Shown here: piece after piece, positions 1 through 12,068 of the stretch
How the letters are laid out: each line of letters opens with the position of its first letter
How positions within the stretch are numbered: the stretch's first letter is position 1
The notes under the pieces: generated by a model
Seen by the model: only the letters and a program-made list of their open reading frames with translations
What the model was told of the DNA's origin: nothing
Database searches by the model: none
Translations under genes and position numbers: made by a program
Source of the DNA: Macrostomum lignano
Taxonomy: Eukaryota
NCBI GenBank assembly: GCA_002269645.1
Contig: NIVC01000854.1
Span: 62,001-126,000 of the forward strand
Direction of reading: 5' to 3'
DNA: 64,000 bases

Positions 1-109
1 TCACATTTAAGAAATGACTAAGAAAATCGCGACAGCTCCGCCTATCCGCAAGCCTTTTTTATGTTAAGTCCCTTGTGAAATTCTCACAGTGACAAACCGC
101 ACCACTCAC

Positions 110-2416
110 CGCTGTACTCAGCCAGCTCAACGTGACCGTTTACGAGACGGCTCGTCGACGCGACATCCTGGCAGTCGCACACCCCACCGCCGATGTGGTA
201 GCGACTCCCGCTAAGGCAGGTGACATCGATATCCGAGTCGGCTCCGATGGTGCCGTCCAGCCGTTCAAAGCAGGCCCCCCAGCCCTCCGCGAAGCTGCCA
301 ACAATTCGCAGATTTGTCTGCTGCAGGTAGGACCGGCTGACTGCTTCGAGTGCTCTGGCCAGGGCGGACTGCTTGGCAGCCCGGCTAGCGGTGAACCCGG
401 CTAAGCGCATGCTGTGGCAGAGTTGCTTGCTGAACTCAGCTGATGACAGATTCAGCCTGAGAGATTGCATGGAGTGCACTGTTCGACCTCAAGCAGCAGC
501 TAGCAGGGGGGTCTTTCATCGATATAAATTGCATGAATATAGAGTTAAGGCACTAGTGAATATATTTGTAAATTATGAGTAGTGAAATCAGTTTTTTCCT
601 TGAAATTCTCGGCTCCATTCCAAACGACTCAGGTTAAGGACGATAGAAGAGATCGCCTAGAGATCGAAGACGTGTGCCTATACATGTAGGTAAGTACTCA
701 ATAGATAAGTCTATTTGACAACGAGTATGATCTCAGGTGCTAAAATAATCTTACAGCTGTTTGTAATTCCGATTATTCTCCGGTGTCTCCAGGGCAGTAG
801 CCAGAAACTCTCGGTCAATCAGTGGGTCGTCGAGATCTAAGACGTCGGATTCACAAATGCCGTTGGATAGTAACAGTCGCAGGACTTCTGGATGCCGGTT
901 TCGGGCTGCATTCTCCACTGGTGAGCTGGCCAAGCGTCTGTCTCGACTGCCGGCTGCAGCACCAAAGTTGAGCAACAGTTTTACAGCGTCAGCGTGTCCG
1001 TTGTGAGCTGCCACCCACAGCGGTGTCTCGCCGAAGTTGCTCGACAAGTTCACATCGGCTCCTTTGAAGTCAAATGTGTGATGCTTTTGCTTCTAATATT
1101 CAAGTCGCTGGAGGGGTTTGGGAACTGCCGTGAGCCCAAGGCGACAGTTGACTTGCAGCCAGACAGGAGGCAAGCAGTCATGCTGCCTCTTCTATTAGCC
1201 TCTGAGCACGTACATGCTCCTACATGATATACAGTACAGTAGTACTGACCTTGTAGTCAGATATGTACACACTGTGTCCTGCTTTGAGTGGTAAGTTCAG
1301 ATGCGGATGTAAATGCGAATGTGGAGCAAGTGGCGATTTTAGATACGGATGTGAAACCCGTGGTCAGATGCAGATGTGAAACCCCGTGGGAATTTCAGAT
1401 GCAGATGTGAAACCCCATGGGGATTTCAGATGCGGATGTGAAACCCGTGGGGATTTCAGAAAGAGACGTGAAACCCTATCGGGATTTCAGATGAGGATGT
1501 GAATGTGGATGTGGAGCAAGTAGTAATTTCCAATGTGGATGTAAATGCGGATGTTAAACCATTGGTGATTTCTGATGCAGATGTGGAACCATTGGTGAAT
1601 TTAGATATGGATATGTGGAGCAAGGGTTGATTTCAGATCCCAACGAAAGATATGGATGTGTATTTAAAAAGGAAAAGCTGGGACAGTAAAAGTACATATT
1701 TAATCGCCTATGTCACCTGCAACGAGCAGTTGCGCAGAAATTTTCGCGTGCCCCAAACGGCTAGCAGCCCACAGAGCCGACTGTCCCTCGGAGTTGGTCG
1801 TGTCAACTTCTGCGCCGGCGGTCAGCAACTTTTGGACAACTCTTGGACAATCCGACTGGCTAGCGATCCACAGCGCGGATTCTCCGCCGCTGCGCCGGCA
1901 GTCGACATTGTCGGCCTGGAGCAGCGAGTCGACAATGTCAGCGTTGCAGTTGCAGGCCGCGATCCACAGTGGGCAAATTCCTACCTGGTTGAGCAGGTCT
2001 TGCCGAGCACCATTCCGCAGAAGCAACTCCACCAGACGGAGATGGTCGTTGCAAGCAGCGATCCATAGGACGCTCTCGCCGCTGCGTCTCTGACAGTCAA
2101 TGTCGGCTCCTAAGCCTAGCAACAGCCTGGCAACGCTCAGTTGACCGTTTTGGCCTGCAATCCATAGAGGCGTCTCTCCTCGCTCGTTTCGACAATCGAC
2201 GTTTGCGCCGGCTTCGACGAGCGTCCGAGCGACGTCCAATGCGCCCGCGTTGGCAGCCAGCCACAGAGGCGTCTCGCCGCGCTCGTTGCGACAGTTTGGC
2301 GACTTCGTGGCGGTCACCGACGGGGGATCCGGGATGCGCAGCAGGCGTCGAGTCTCGTTGACGTCTCCGGAAACGGCTGCGTGAAGCAGCTGACGATCCC
2401 AGGATTCAGAGTTCAT
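110..2416 (-). CDS. Ankyrin-repeat protein fused to a cGAS/Mab-21-like nucleotidyltransferase (cGLR-like); 3' end lies beyond the window start
   Basis: Exons 2416-1717, 1061-755 and 456-110 with GT-AG introns and consistent phases (LLVAG|ADVN completes an ANK repeat; YKQL|LNLSS). About 9 ANK repeats (GETPLWxAA..G) followed by RIVGSFAEGWG...DSDID, a pol-beta-superfamily GS...DxD motif. Donor G|GTGAGT at 110/109 opens a further intron. Confidence 0.8.
1290..1650. repeat. Degenerate ~30-bp tandem repeat (GATTTCAGATGCGGATGTGAAACCCGTGG-like) in intron 1 of the ANK-NTase gene
   Basis: Repeated units visible directly. Confidence 0.8.
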
Positions 2417-2909
2417 GCGAGATGAATGTCAAGAGAGACTTTTACGGACAAGTAAACAATCAGCCAGAATTTATGATCACTGAGCACATTTTCAGGAAAA
2501 GTTGCGGCCTTTGTACTTGGCTTAGCATATCATCACGACCAAGAATAGAATTGACAAATATCATCACGACCAAAAATAGAATTGACAACAATTCTATTTT
2601 TGCTCATTATTAATCGGAATGGTAAACAATTTTGCTTTAACTACGTATGTTGGTGTTTTACAACTGCAGTTGAAAAGGGTTAGTTAGCAATACTCGTATA
2701 CTGGTTCAATATATTTATATTTGTACATGTAGTACCGTATATAAAACGAACAAATTTATTAAAATAGCGAGCATAAATTATACTGAACTTTTATTTCCTA
2801 CTCTACTGACAGTAAAAATGTATACCGAAAATACGCTAAAAAATAATTTATATATGTATATGTTTCCACTGCATGTACTGTCTAACTAATTTAATATTTT
2901 AATCACCAC

Positions 2910-3625
2910 CACTGTGAAACTTGTCTCTGCCTGGCCGAAAGCTTGTAATGAGTTAGTAGGCTGGGTTGGAGGGTAATAGTGGATCAGGAAGGGCTGTGGG
3001 TAGCTGTATAGGAAGGCAGGCCTATACCTGTTCCAGTTGGTACTCTGACGGTCCCCCTCGGAGTGCCCTTTGAGCGAACAGCCAGCGACTCTATTAAAGC
3101 TGGAGTGTGCCAGAAGCAGGACTGAGTCTGAACAGGACGGGACCGTTGGCACGGTCACTATAGAAATGGTGGGTTGGCGAAGCAAAGGGTGAAACAGTCC
3201 CGGCGATTAGCCCTCCTGCCGCTTCAAAGATAAGAGACTGTCTGGCAAGAGTACCCGGCCGGGTTTAGTGGGGGGGGAGGTTCCGTCGGGTCGCCACGGC
3301 CGTGGGGGCGGTCATATGACCGGTTTTTTGGCTTTTCTAACCCGGAGAAGGCACGGGCTTCCCTGATTGGTTCACTCAACCCCCTCTAGCCCCGGGGAGG
3401 TTTTGATTTGAGCTTCGAGTAGGTGCGACGCCCCGACGGTAGGGGGTAGGGCCCACCCTCAGCCCGACTGGTGTCACCTGCTCGGCTTGATGGCCACAGT
3501 CCTCTATTAGTCTAGCTTTGAAACCTAGTGTACATTAGTACACTCCCAAACTTGGATCCTAATTCATTACTAATGGCGTAAGAGCCTGTTCAATGGCTGA
3601 GACGCCTTATTACTTATCTTAGTAG
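2910..3625. mobile_element. ~716-bp GC-rich non-coding insertion flanked by 19-bp direct repeats; probable retroposon (SINE or 5'-truncated non-LTR 3' UTR)
   Basis: TTAATATTTTAATCACCAC at 2891-2909 and 3626-3644; interior is GC-richer than flanks and has several hairpins; family not recognised. Confidence 0.55.
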
Positions 3626-3784
3626 TTAATATTTTAATCACCACACAACAAGGAGCACAGGGCTGAGTGAACCCAGGCGCACTTTAAGCGACATTGTCAC
3701 GCATCCGGCGAGAGGAATTCTGTTTATTACGCCGACTAATCTGAGCAGGCACACAAAAAGGACGACTAAAGTAACGTATATATA

Positions 3785-4249
3785 GGACGCAAGACTCAAC
3801 TTTCGTGAAAAATTCGTTGGAGGCCGATTTTCGTAATGCAATGCATAGCCGAAATAGAAGTAGTTTACATGCTTTATAATCGTTGCAAGATATTATCGAC
3901 CACGTGTAGAACAGTTGTGTAGCATTTTAATTCCGAGTTATTCAACTTATTGATGTCTTAAATATTTCTTCCACATTCTACTACCTTGCCAGTTTGATCT
4001 CTTTTCACGTTTTTTCTTGTTTGTTTTGACATAATAAAATCAGCACTTTTAGAAGGATACTGTACTGTTGACAAGTACTTTGAGGTGTTAAAGTCCGAAT
4101 TGTTCAACTTATTGTGTCTTAAATCAAAGGGCATATGTTACTGCCTATTCTGCGCAAAAATAAGTATCTTACGATCAATAGCGTACACAGGAGATACATT
4201 GAAAAATCGGCCTCCAATGAAACTTTCACCAAATCTGAGTCTTTCGTCC
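3785..4249. mobile_element. Degenerate MITE-like element with ~48-bp imperfect inverted repeats
   Basis: 3785-3832 (GGACGCAAGACTC...GGAGGCCGATTTTC) is an imperfect reverse complement of 4201-4249 (GAAAAATCGGCCTCC...GAGTCTTTCGTCC); no clear TSD. Confidence 0.45.
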
Positions 4250-4972
4250 TTCTACTTAAGTAGTCCTTGGTAAGATTGAGCTGGTTTTGCTAGTAGGACA
4301 AATAATCGAAGACGGAATTAAATGACTAACAATTATCAGAAGCTAAAGTTAGCAACAGGTGGGATAGTGAAAATTAAACAGTTGGAAGACAGTTCGAGAG
4401 TAAGGCTATCTAAAAATAGGGTTGGACGGTCTGGACCTCTTGGTGCGCACTACGCGCGCGAAAAGGACAAAAGGGCGTTCTGAATATATATTCCACAAGC
4501 ACAAGGGATAAAACGGCCCGATTGGGGGACCATCAAACGCAAAAATACGCAGACGGGATAGGAAAAAAGCAAGTATTGTCAGTTTTTATGCCTAAATCTT
4601 ACAGAAGGTAACGTCTGCTTCCAATTCTTGTAACGCAAAAGAAGTGTACTTGGAGGTCCTTCTGGAGTTGATGAGGCCATGTAGATAAGATGGCAGCAGG
4701 AAGACCACATGTCTTTCTGAGTGCGAGCTCTTCCCGTGAGTAGGCTATTTGAACTAATGAAGAAATATTACAAAAAATAAAGAAGGTCCTGTTTCGCTCG
4801 TACACACTGATAGCTTGTGAATGTAACCAAATAAAAATAGCTAAAGATAGCAAGCGTGTGCGATAACTTCAATTGTTAATATCTCCTACTAGCCCAATTG
4901 CGAGACAGTCGAGGCTCTTGGCTCTGGCAATTCCGGTGCTTCAAAATTTGTAGTCCATGTCCATTCAATTAG

Positions 4973-6076
4973 CTAGTGCTTCTTGAACCAGCGCTGACCT
5001 TTCACATCGCCTGACTGCATCGTCTGAAAGTTATTTTGGGCCACGCTGCTTATTTTTAATGTTGTTTGCGGGATTTTATGCACTGCCAGCACCTTTAATG
5101 CTGAATTGTTGTGACTAATCTCTTAGGTAGACGAGCTAGCAACTTCAATTATATTCACTGAATCTATCGTGCAATTGTGTGCTTTGTCCCTCTGTTCCCT
5201 CTCCCCTTCTCTCTCTGCCTCTCCCATCTCTCCCTCTTTCCCTCTCTCCTCCCTCTTGTCTCTTCTCTTATCCCTCTTCTCCCTCTATCTCCCCCTCCTT
5301 CCCTCTCCTCCCTCAGGCATGCAAGCGCAACCCCAGCAACAGATTCTGGAACTCCTCACCATTAGCATTTCCCCATTGTCCAGAATCTCCCTAATCTGTT
5401 TGGTATCCCCAGACTTGGGGTCGCTGCCAGGCTTAGCGATGTAGATCACTAGCCTGCCGTCCTCCCATTCGGCAATGCAGTCCTGCTCGCTGCCCTGAGG
5501 TGGCTTAAATCGACAGATGGAACCGAGGGTGAGCTCCTGCTCCATGCTGCTCAGCATCACCTTCGTTGCTATGCGAATTCGTTTGTCGTCCATGCGTTCG
5601 ATGGTCATGGTGGGGTTGGCCTTCTCGGACATCTTCTGGGCAAGCCAAGGAGCCCCTGGTGGCGGGTGGAAGGTAGCTTGGCTGGAATTTTTTCTGAACC
5701 AGGTAGACCTGTTGGACACGATTGTTAGGTCCTGTTAGACCTGTTAGACACGATTTTTAGGTCCTGTTAGACCTGTTAGACACGATGGTTAGGTCCTGTT
5801 ACACCTGTTAGACGCAATCTTTAGGTCCTGTTAGACCTGTTAGATGCAATTGTTAGGTCCTGTTACACCTATTAGACGCAATTGTTAGGTCCTGTTAGAC
5901 CTGTTAGACACGATGGATAAGCCTGACTTGTCTCTTGTTAGACAAGATTGTCAGCAGGTCAGCCAGATTAGGTTCATAGCAACGTGTGGCGTCTCACCAG
6001 CTTTCTCCATCACAGCCTTGATATTTTCGCTTCTATAACTCTCCCATTTGCCAAATAAGGCCACGTTTTCAGCCAT
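4973..6076 (-). CDS. FABP: Intracellular fatty-acid-binding protein (FABP/iLBP family), 141 aa
   Basis: Exons 6076-5998, 5655-5360, 5023-4973 with GT-AG introns in matching phases; N-terminal LFGKWESYRSENIKAVMEKAG (FxGxW motif) and C-terminal REILDNGEMLMTMQSGDVKGQRWFKKH. Confidence 0.9.
5706..5916. repeat. 32-bp minisatellite (~6.5 units) in FABP intron 1
   Basis: GACCTGTTAGACACGATTGTTAGGTCCTGTTA; period 32 from 5706/5738. Confidence 0.95.
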
Positions 6077-6727
6077 GATAATTTTATCTGCGAGTGGTAA
6101 AGAGTTGAAAGTGCTGAGGTCTGTCTCGAGTATGATACTCGCATTACTTTGGCATATTTATACGCACTTACTGAACCACTTGCTGAGAAATTTTAACTCT
6201 CCTGTTCCATTGATTCTAGCTCGCATAGACAAATTCTCCTGCTTGAGAACTCTTCAATGTTTGGCGTGGTTCTCATGGGAGTACCTACCTATGCGCTCTG
6301 CTAATAACTACGTGCAGCGCCTTTGGACAGGTTGTCACTCACTGGTAGTTAAATGCAAAAACACATACTGGACCTTGAATGCTACTCGCCTAACCCTCTG
6401 TCTGTTTGATTATATTTACACGAATAGAACAGACTGGTAGCAGGAAATGTGACTAAGTACATATTGTTGTGTTATACAGTAGTAGCTCGTATTTTAATTA
6501 GTTCTTCTCTTCTCAGAGGACGATTTGACAGAACATTTTAGGCGTCCGACTCTCGGCGCCGCAAAGTTCAGAATCACAGAATTAAATTAAATTTGGTCAG
6601 GGCTTGTTCTGCAATTCTCGCCCAAAATGAAGAACCTACCACGACACAGAGAATTTATATGCCTGGGGATGAGAAAGTCAGGGCCGCTGTACACATGCGT
6701 TCGTTTTTACCAACTTAAATAGATCAA

Positions 6728-8212
6728 CCTTTGAATCAACCGCCAACCATTGAATCAACCTCCAACCATTGAATCAACCTTCAACCATTGAATCAACCTC
6801 CAACCATTGAATCAACCTCCAACCATTGAATCAACCTCTAACCACTGAATCAACCTCCAACCACTGAATCAACCTCCAACCACTGAATCAACCTCCAACC
6901 ACAACCTCCAACCACTGAATCAACCGCCAACCATTGAATCAACCTCTAACCACTGAATCAACCTCCAACCACTGAATCAACCTCCAACCACTGAATCAAC
7001 CTCCAACCACAACCTCCAACCACTGAATCAACCGCCAACCACTGAATCAACCTCCAACCACTGAATCAACCTCCAACCACTGAATCAACCTCCAACCACT
7101 GAATCAACCTCCAACCACTGAATCAACCTCCAACCAGTGAATCAACCGCCAACCAGTGAATCAACCTCCAACCACTGAATCAACCTCCAACCACTGAATC
7201 AACCTCCAATTACTGAATCAATCTCCAACCACTGAATCAACCTCCAACCATTGAATCATCTTCCAAACAGTGAATCAACCTCCAATTACTGAATCAACCG
7301 CCAACCACTGAATCAACCTCCAACCAGTGAATCAACCGCCAACCACTGAATCAACCTCCAACCAGTGAATCAACCTCCAACCACTGAATCAACCTCCAAC
7401 CACTGAATCAACCTCCAACCAGTGAATCAGCCTCCAACCAGTGAATCAACCTCCAATTACTGAATCAATCTCCAACCACTGAATCAACCTCCAACCATTG
7501 AATCAACTTCCAACCATTGAATTAACCTCCAATTACTGAATCAATCTCGAACCACTGAAATAACCTCCAACAACTGAATCAACCTCCAACCACTGAATCA
7601 ACCTCCAACCATTGAATCAACCTCCAACCAGTGAATCAACCTCCAATTACTGAATCAACCTCTAATTACTGAATCAATCTCCAACCACTGAATCAACCTC
7701 CAACCACTGAATCAACCTCCAATTACTGAATCAATCTCCAACCACTGAATCAATCTACAACCACTGAATCAACCTCTAACCACTGAATCAATCTTCAACC
7801 ACTGAATCAACCTCCAACCACTGAATCAACCTCCAATTACTGAATCAATCTCCAACCACTGAATCAATCTACAACCACTGAATCAACCTCTAACCACTGA
7901 ATCAATCTCTAACCACTGAATCAACCTCCAACCACTGAATCAACCTCCAATTACTGAATCAATCTCCAACCACTGAATCAACCGCCAACCACTGAATCAA
8001 TCTCCAACCACTGAATCAACCGCCAACAACTGAATCAACCTCCAATTACTGAATCAACCTCCAACCACTGAATCAATCTACAACCTTTGAATCAACCTCC
8101 AACCACTGAATCAATCTCCAACCTTTGAATCAACCTCCAACCACTGAATCAACCTCCAACCAGTGAATCAATCCCAACCTTTGAATCAACCTCCAACCAG
8201 TGAATCAACCAC
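6728..8212. repeat. 19-bp minisatellite (TGAATCAACCTCCAACCAC), ~78 units
   Basis: Period 19 (6732, 6751, ...) across ~1.48 kb. Confidence 0.97.
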
Positions 8213-8559
8213 CAAACGCTCTAGTGGTTCGTACTAGTACTCTAGTTTTCCATGATTCAGTTCCTCTGAGATGTTTCACTCGGGTTCAGGACAACTTGAA
8301 ACTTAAATCTTCAATTTTAAGCTGAGGTAGCTCGGATTGTGGCATTATCGTATATTTTAATGAGAGTAGAGTCAGAAATGGTGTGGAGGCTCCATGTCAA
8401 AGCATTTAAAACTATATTTTAGATATCACTTCTCCTATAGGTGAGTGAGGTAAATGTCTGTAACTACTACTTCTTAGTAAGTAGCAATTGCAGTTCTAAT
8501 TGCGTAAGATTTGAGAAACACCCATAGAATTTCCAAATAAAAATGAAGTAGTCCAGAGC

Positions 8560-9492
8560 TCAAATGTGAGCAACATTCACCAAGTAGTGCTCATAGCAAC
8601 AGGCCCTTTGATCTCCAGTTATGGATTTGAAGAAAATCGAATAGGGGTTCTCGTGGAACTTCCAAGTACGGAAGCCAATCTTGAACAGGCCGAGCCACAC
8701 TCGAACCAGCTTCCCGTAGTCCGGTCGCTTGTACACCAGCTCGTCTGTGTGCGACTCAAACAGCAGCTGACGCACCCTGGACAGGCAACCCTCGCGCAGT
8801 GCAGCGTCAAAGCTGTCCCATTCCCACAGTTCGATGTCCACTTTAAGTATGTCAATCGGCGAGTTCTCGAAGCCGAACTGTTTAAATAAGGTACACAACG
8901 TTCGCATTGTCCAACCAGTTTTCTTCTGCACCGAGTTGCTGGGTCCAAGGCCGAGTTTGTAGAACCAGGATGTTTTCTTGCGCTGATGGTCTTCGACTTT
9001 GGTCATGCTCGGATCGAACATGTACACCCGGCAGTGGTAGGCGTCCGCTAGTTCGTCGTCGTACTCGAAGACGCCGTTGATGCCGAAGGAGAATGCTACG
9101 CAGGGTCGCCCGCTGACCCGTCGAATGTCGAATGGCGCTGTAAAGCAAACGTCCCAGCCTCCGTCGACCTCCTTACCAATTCGACGCCAATTGAAACACT
9201 CGATCTGCCTGTGCTGTATGATGAAGTAATATAGATCCTCCAGCTGCCGTGCGGTCATGTTGTGCATGGAGCTTTCAATCAGGGATAGAAAGCTGACATC
9301 CTTTGATACGATTTTTGACTCACTGATTAGCGGTGCTTGAGAGCTACCTGTTGCGCGGCTTACAGACAGCGTCGAAAAATTCTGGTTTAACATGAGCGCA
9401 CCGATCAGGATGATTGCTAGGGCCATCAGCCCAATCAGTGAATAGGTAATCTGACGTTTCGATTGCACTAATGAAGACAAAATAGGACGCAT
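8560..9492 (-). CDS. METTL24: METTL24-like (Methyltransf_22/FkbM-related) methyltransferase with N-terminal signal anchor, single exon, 310 aa
   Basis: Uninterrupted ORF; hydrophobic ITYSLIGLMALAIILIGALML; motifs DGGWDVC, AFSFGINGVFEYD, VYMFDPS, IDILKVDIELWEW, VRQLLFESH, CCYEHYLVN typical of this family. Confidence 0.82.
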   Translation of the reverse strand: MRPILSSLVQSKRQITYSLIGLMALAIILIGALMLNQNFSTLSVSRATGSSQAPLISESKIVSKDVSFLSLIESSMHNMTARQLEDLYYFIIQHRQIECFNWRRIGKEVDGGWDVCFTAPFDIRRVSGRPCVAFSFGINGVFEYDDELADAYHCRVYMFDPSMTKVEDHQRKKTSWFYKLGLGPSNSVQKKTGWTMRTLCTLFKQFGFENSPIDILKVDIELWEWDSFDAALREGCLSRVRQLLFESHTDELVYKRPDYGKLVRVWLGLFKIGFRTWKFHENPYSIFFKSITGDQRACCYEHYLVNVAHI

Positions 9493-10946
9493 GGCTTTCT
9501 AAAAATATTGCGATTTGATTCTCTTATTTAAAATGAAATATTGAAACTTTTGATTTTACTTTTTAATACATGACCTGTTGGTAACCGGATCGTAAGTCTA
9601 CCTGTACGAATATGATCTAGATCTAGATATACAGATGTACACGAAAGTTTAACCTAGATAACCTAATAGGGTAAGTTTTTCCTAAACTTACCCTAACTTT
9701 AGGAGCTCATGGTAACTAGGACGAAAGTCTACTACCTTGATTGTCTGGTAAACTAAATGTGATTCTACCTCCGGTGATGACCAGGTAACCCGGATGTGAT
9801 TTTACCTCTGTGACGACCTGGTAACCCGGATGTACATGTGATCCCAACTGGATTTCCTGCTGGTAACCAGAACGCTAGTCTTACTTTATGATACAATCAC
9901 CTCTGTAAGTGTCAAATAAATTTCTCGAATATAAACATGATCTTTATGACCCCACTAACAGCAGTTAAGTCTGCCTCCAGATTCCCAATGCACTAAGCAA
10001 AATTCCCTTTAAACTTACCCTAATTTAGGCTTCCAATGTTTCAGCGTCTCGGAATGTTAATCAGGGTATTAGGTGTGACTATCGATACAGGATTTCAGGA
10101 GTTGACAGAATGCCAGAAAATTGAGAAGAAATCGCGTATTTTTAAGAACCCTCAAAAAGCTGTTGTTTATATTTTCTCTCCTAACAGCATTGACTTCAGC
10201 TCCAGTTTAATGTGTTCAAAACCCGGACTTGGAAATAACTTAAGTGCAGATTCTTTTTTTTACTAATCCTGCGCCACAAGCAGCAGATAAAGAAGGTCGA
10301 CTTCTTGGTTTTTGTTTTTTCTCTGTACTGAAACTCTTAGCAGTTGTTGGCCTTAGCTAGCCTTCTCGGAAAACTGAAAAAATCTCCTTCACGACAGGAA
10401 TTGATAAGCTTATTAGAAAAGTTTTCCCGGATTTCGAGGAGTCAAAACACTTGAACAGTATTACCGGTATGTGAAGAAAAATAGTGTTAAAATTTTTTTG
10501 TACCAGCATTTTTTGTACCAGCATTGTAGCCAGCAGTAAGAAATGCCAGCCTACACACAATTTCAATAGCTCAGTGGGATTAATGCTGCATGCCTTAAAC
10601 TCACGTGTAACTGCATGCACACGTACATTTACACGTGTACACGTTACAGAGATATGGCTAATCTAGGCAATATGGTAATACGATTCCTCATGTGCCCATG
10701 CAGACAACATTCTAATAATGTTTGCAGACGTTTCCGACATCAGATTGCTGTGCGCCGTGGAAGGCCGCATATGTACTCTCTGCACAATGTGCACTCTACA
10801 TGTACATGACTTTCGTGCCTTCGATTCCCAGTTATAGGCGCATCAGAGCGGAGCATACATGTATGTGCCAAGCTACCAAGCTGTTGCATGCAGATGTCAA
10901 GCATACCAAGCCAATTCCAAGCTACTGGATTGGCAATAAATAAAAA

Positions 10947-11242
10947 AAAAATAATAATAATAATATAATAATTTATTACACCTGCCCCAATTGGACCAGA
11001 TGTGCAACCGACAGCTCAGCCGCAGCTATTGCGCGGCGCACCTGAAGGCTGCGTAGTACGGCTGTTCAGTCCAAGGACCGGGTACCCATGCATTTTACAG
11101 CTGGGTGAACTGAAGCAAATGCAGAGTTACATGTGTCTTGCTCATGCAAGGACACAAATTGTTCGAGAGGGACCGGGAATCGAACCCCCGACCTTCAAGT
11201 CGTGAGTCCGACGCTCTAACAACTAAGCCTACTACAACCCCC
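10947..11242 (-). mobile_element. tRNA-derived SINE (family A) with CORE/Meta-like central box and (TTA)n tail
   Basis: Minus strand: A box TAGTTGTTAGAGC, B box GGTTCGATTCCC, central TTCACCCAGCTGTAAAATG, GTCCTTGGACTGAACAG shared with the copy at 41707-41969. Confidence 0.8.
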
Positions 11243-12068
11243 TGTAGTTGAATTTTTATTCAAAAATAATGAAACTGAGCTGAGATGGATTTGCAGAAAA
11301 TGATGGAGGCGCGTAGTCTGGACAGCCTGGCTTGGGTATAAAAACCTCACTAGTTTTGGTCCAGCGTGAAAGACAAGTCGAGCATAATTTAATTACATAC
11401 CAGAGTAGGGACAGTATACACACGCATACTGTACATGTACGTAGTTACATTTATATATGTAATTATAAATGTGTACAATTAATTAAGTGATGATGTAAGC
11501 TGAAGATATCTTTTTGTTGGACGAACGTTTTGTGACAGTCCGGGCTGTAACGTTTCTTCTAAGGCAAGTGAATGCAACATGAAACGTTTGAATAATTTAT
11601 CAATCATCGTCTGTACTTAAATCCGGGGATAGAAAACAGTATAAACTTTGCACTATACCAACAGAATGTACATAATTTCTGTGCATTGTACCAGTAAAAT
11701 TGCATCCAATATACAGATGTACGTACGAATGTACATTCATTATCGTAGCTGACGTTTAAGTTCATTTAAGGATCACGTTATCGATTGTTTCGACACATTC
11801 TTTTAGTCCTTTAGGTTTAGTTTGCGGCTTAATCCGTTATATTTTTATGATTATTGCAAATTTTAGTTATAACGCCATTTATAGGAACGTTTTTTTGAAC
11901 GGCGCAAATTGTCAACATTAAATTGAAACGACGTGTCAAATTTGTCTTCGTCATTGTTCAACAACATGACCGGTTTTTCAGTTCCAGTTCCCGATAAGAT
12001 AAAAATAACAAAAAGATCGATTTAGCAGAAAAAACTTGAATGTAAAACGATTTTTTAGTCGAAACTCA

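Noticed and set aside
4973-5023. FABP ligand-binding R-x-Y motif appears as R-W-F
   Set aside because: Tyr/Phe exchange at this position is common among invertebrate iLBPs and is not evidence of novelty by itself.
11170-11242. tRNA-like sequence (also at 41720-41790)
   Set aside because: A and B boxes are present but the anticodon and acceptor stems do not pair, and both continue into a shared SINE body and tail.
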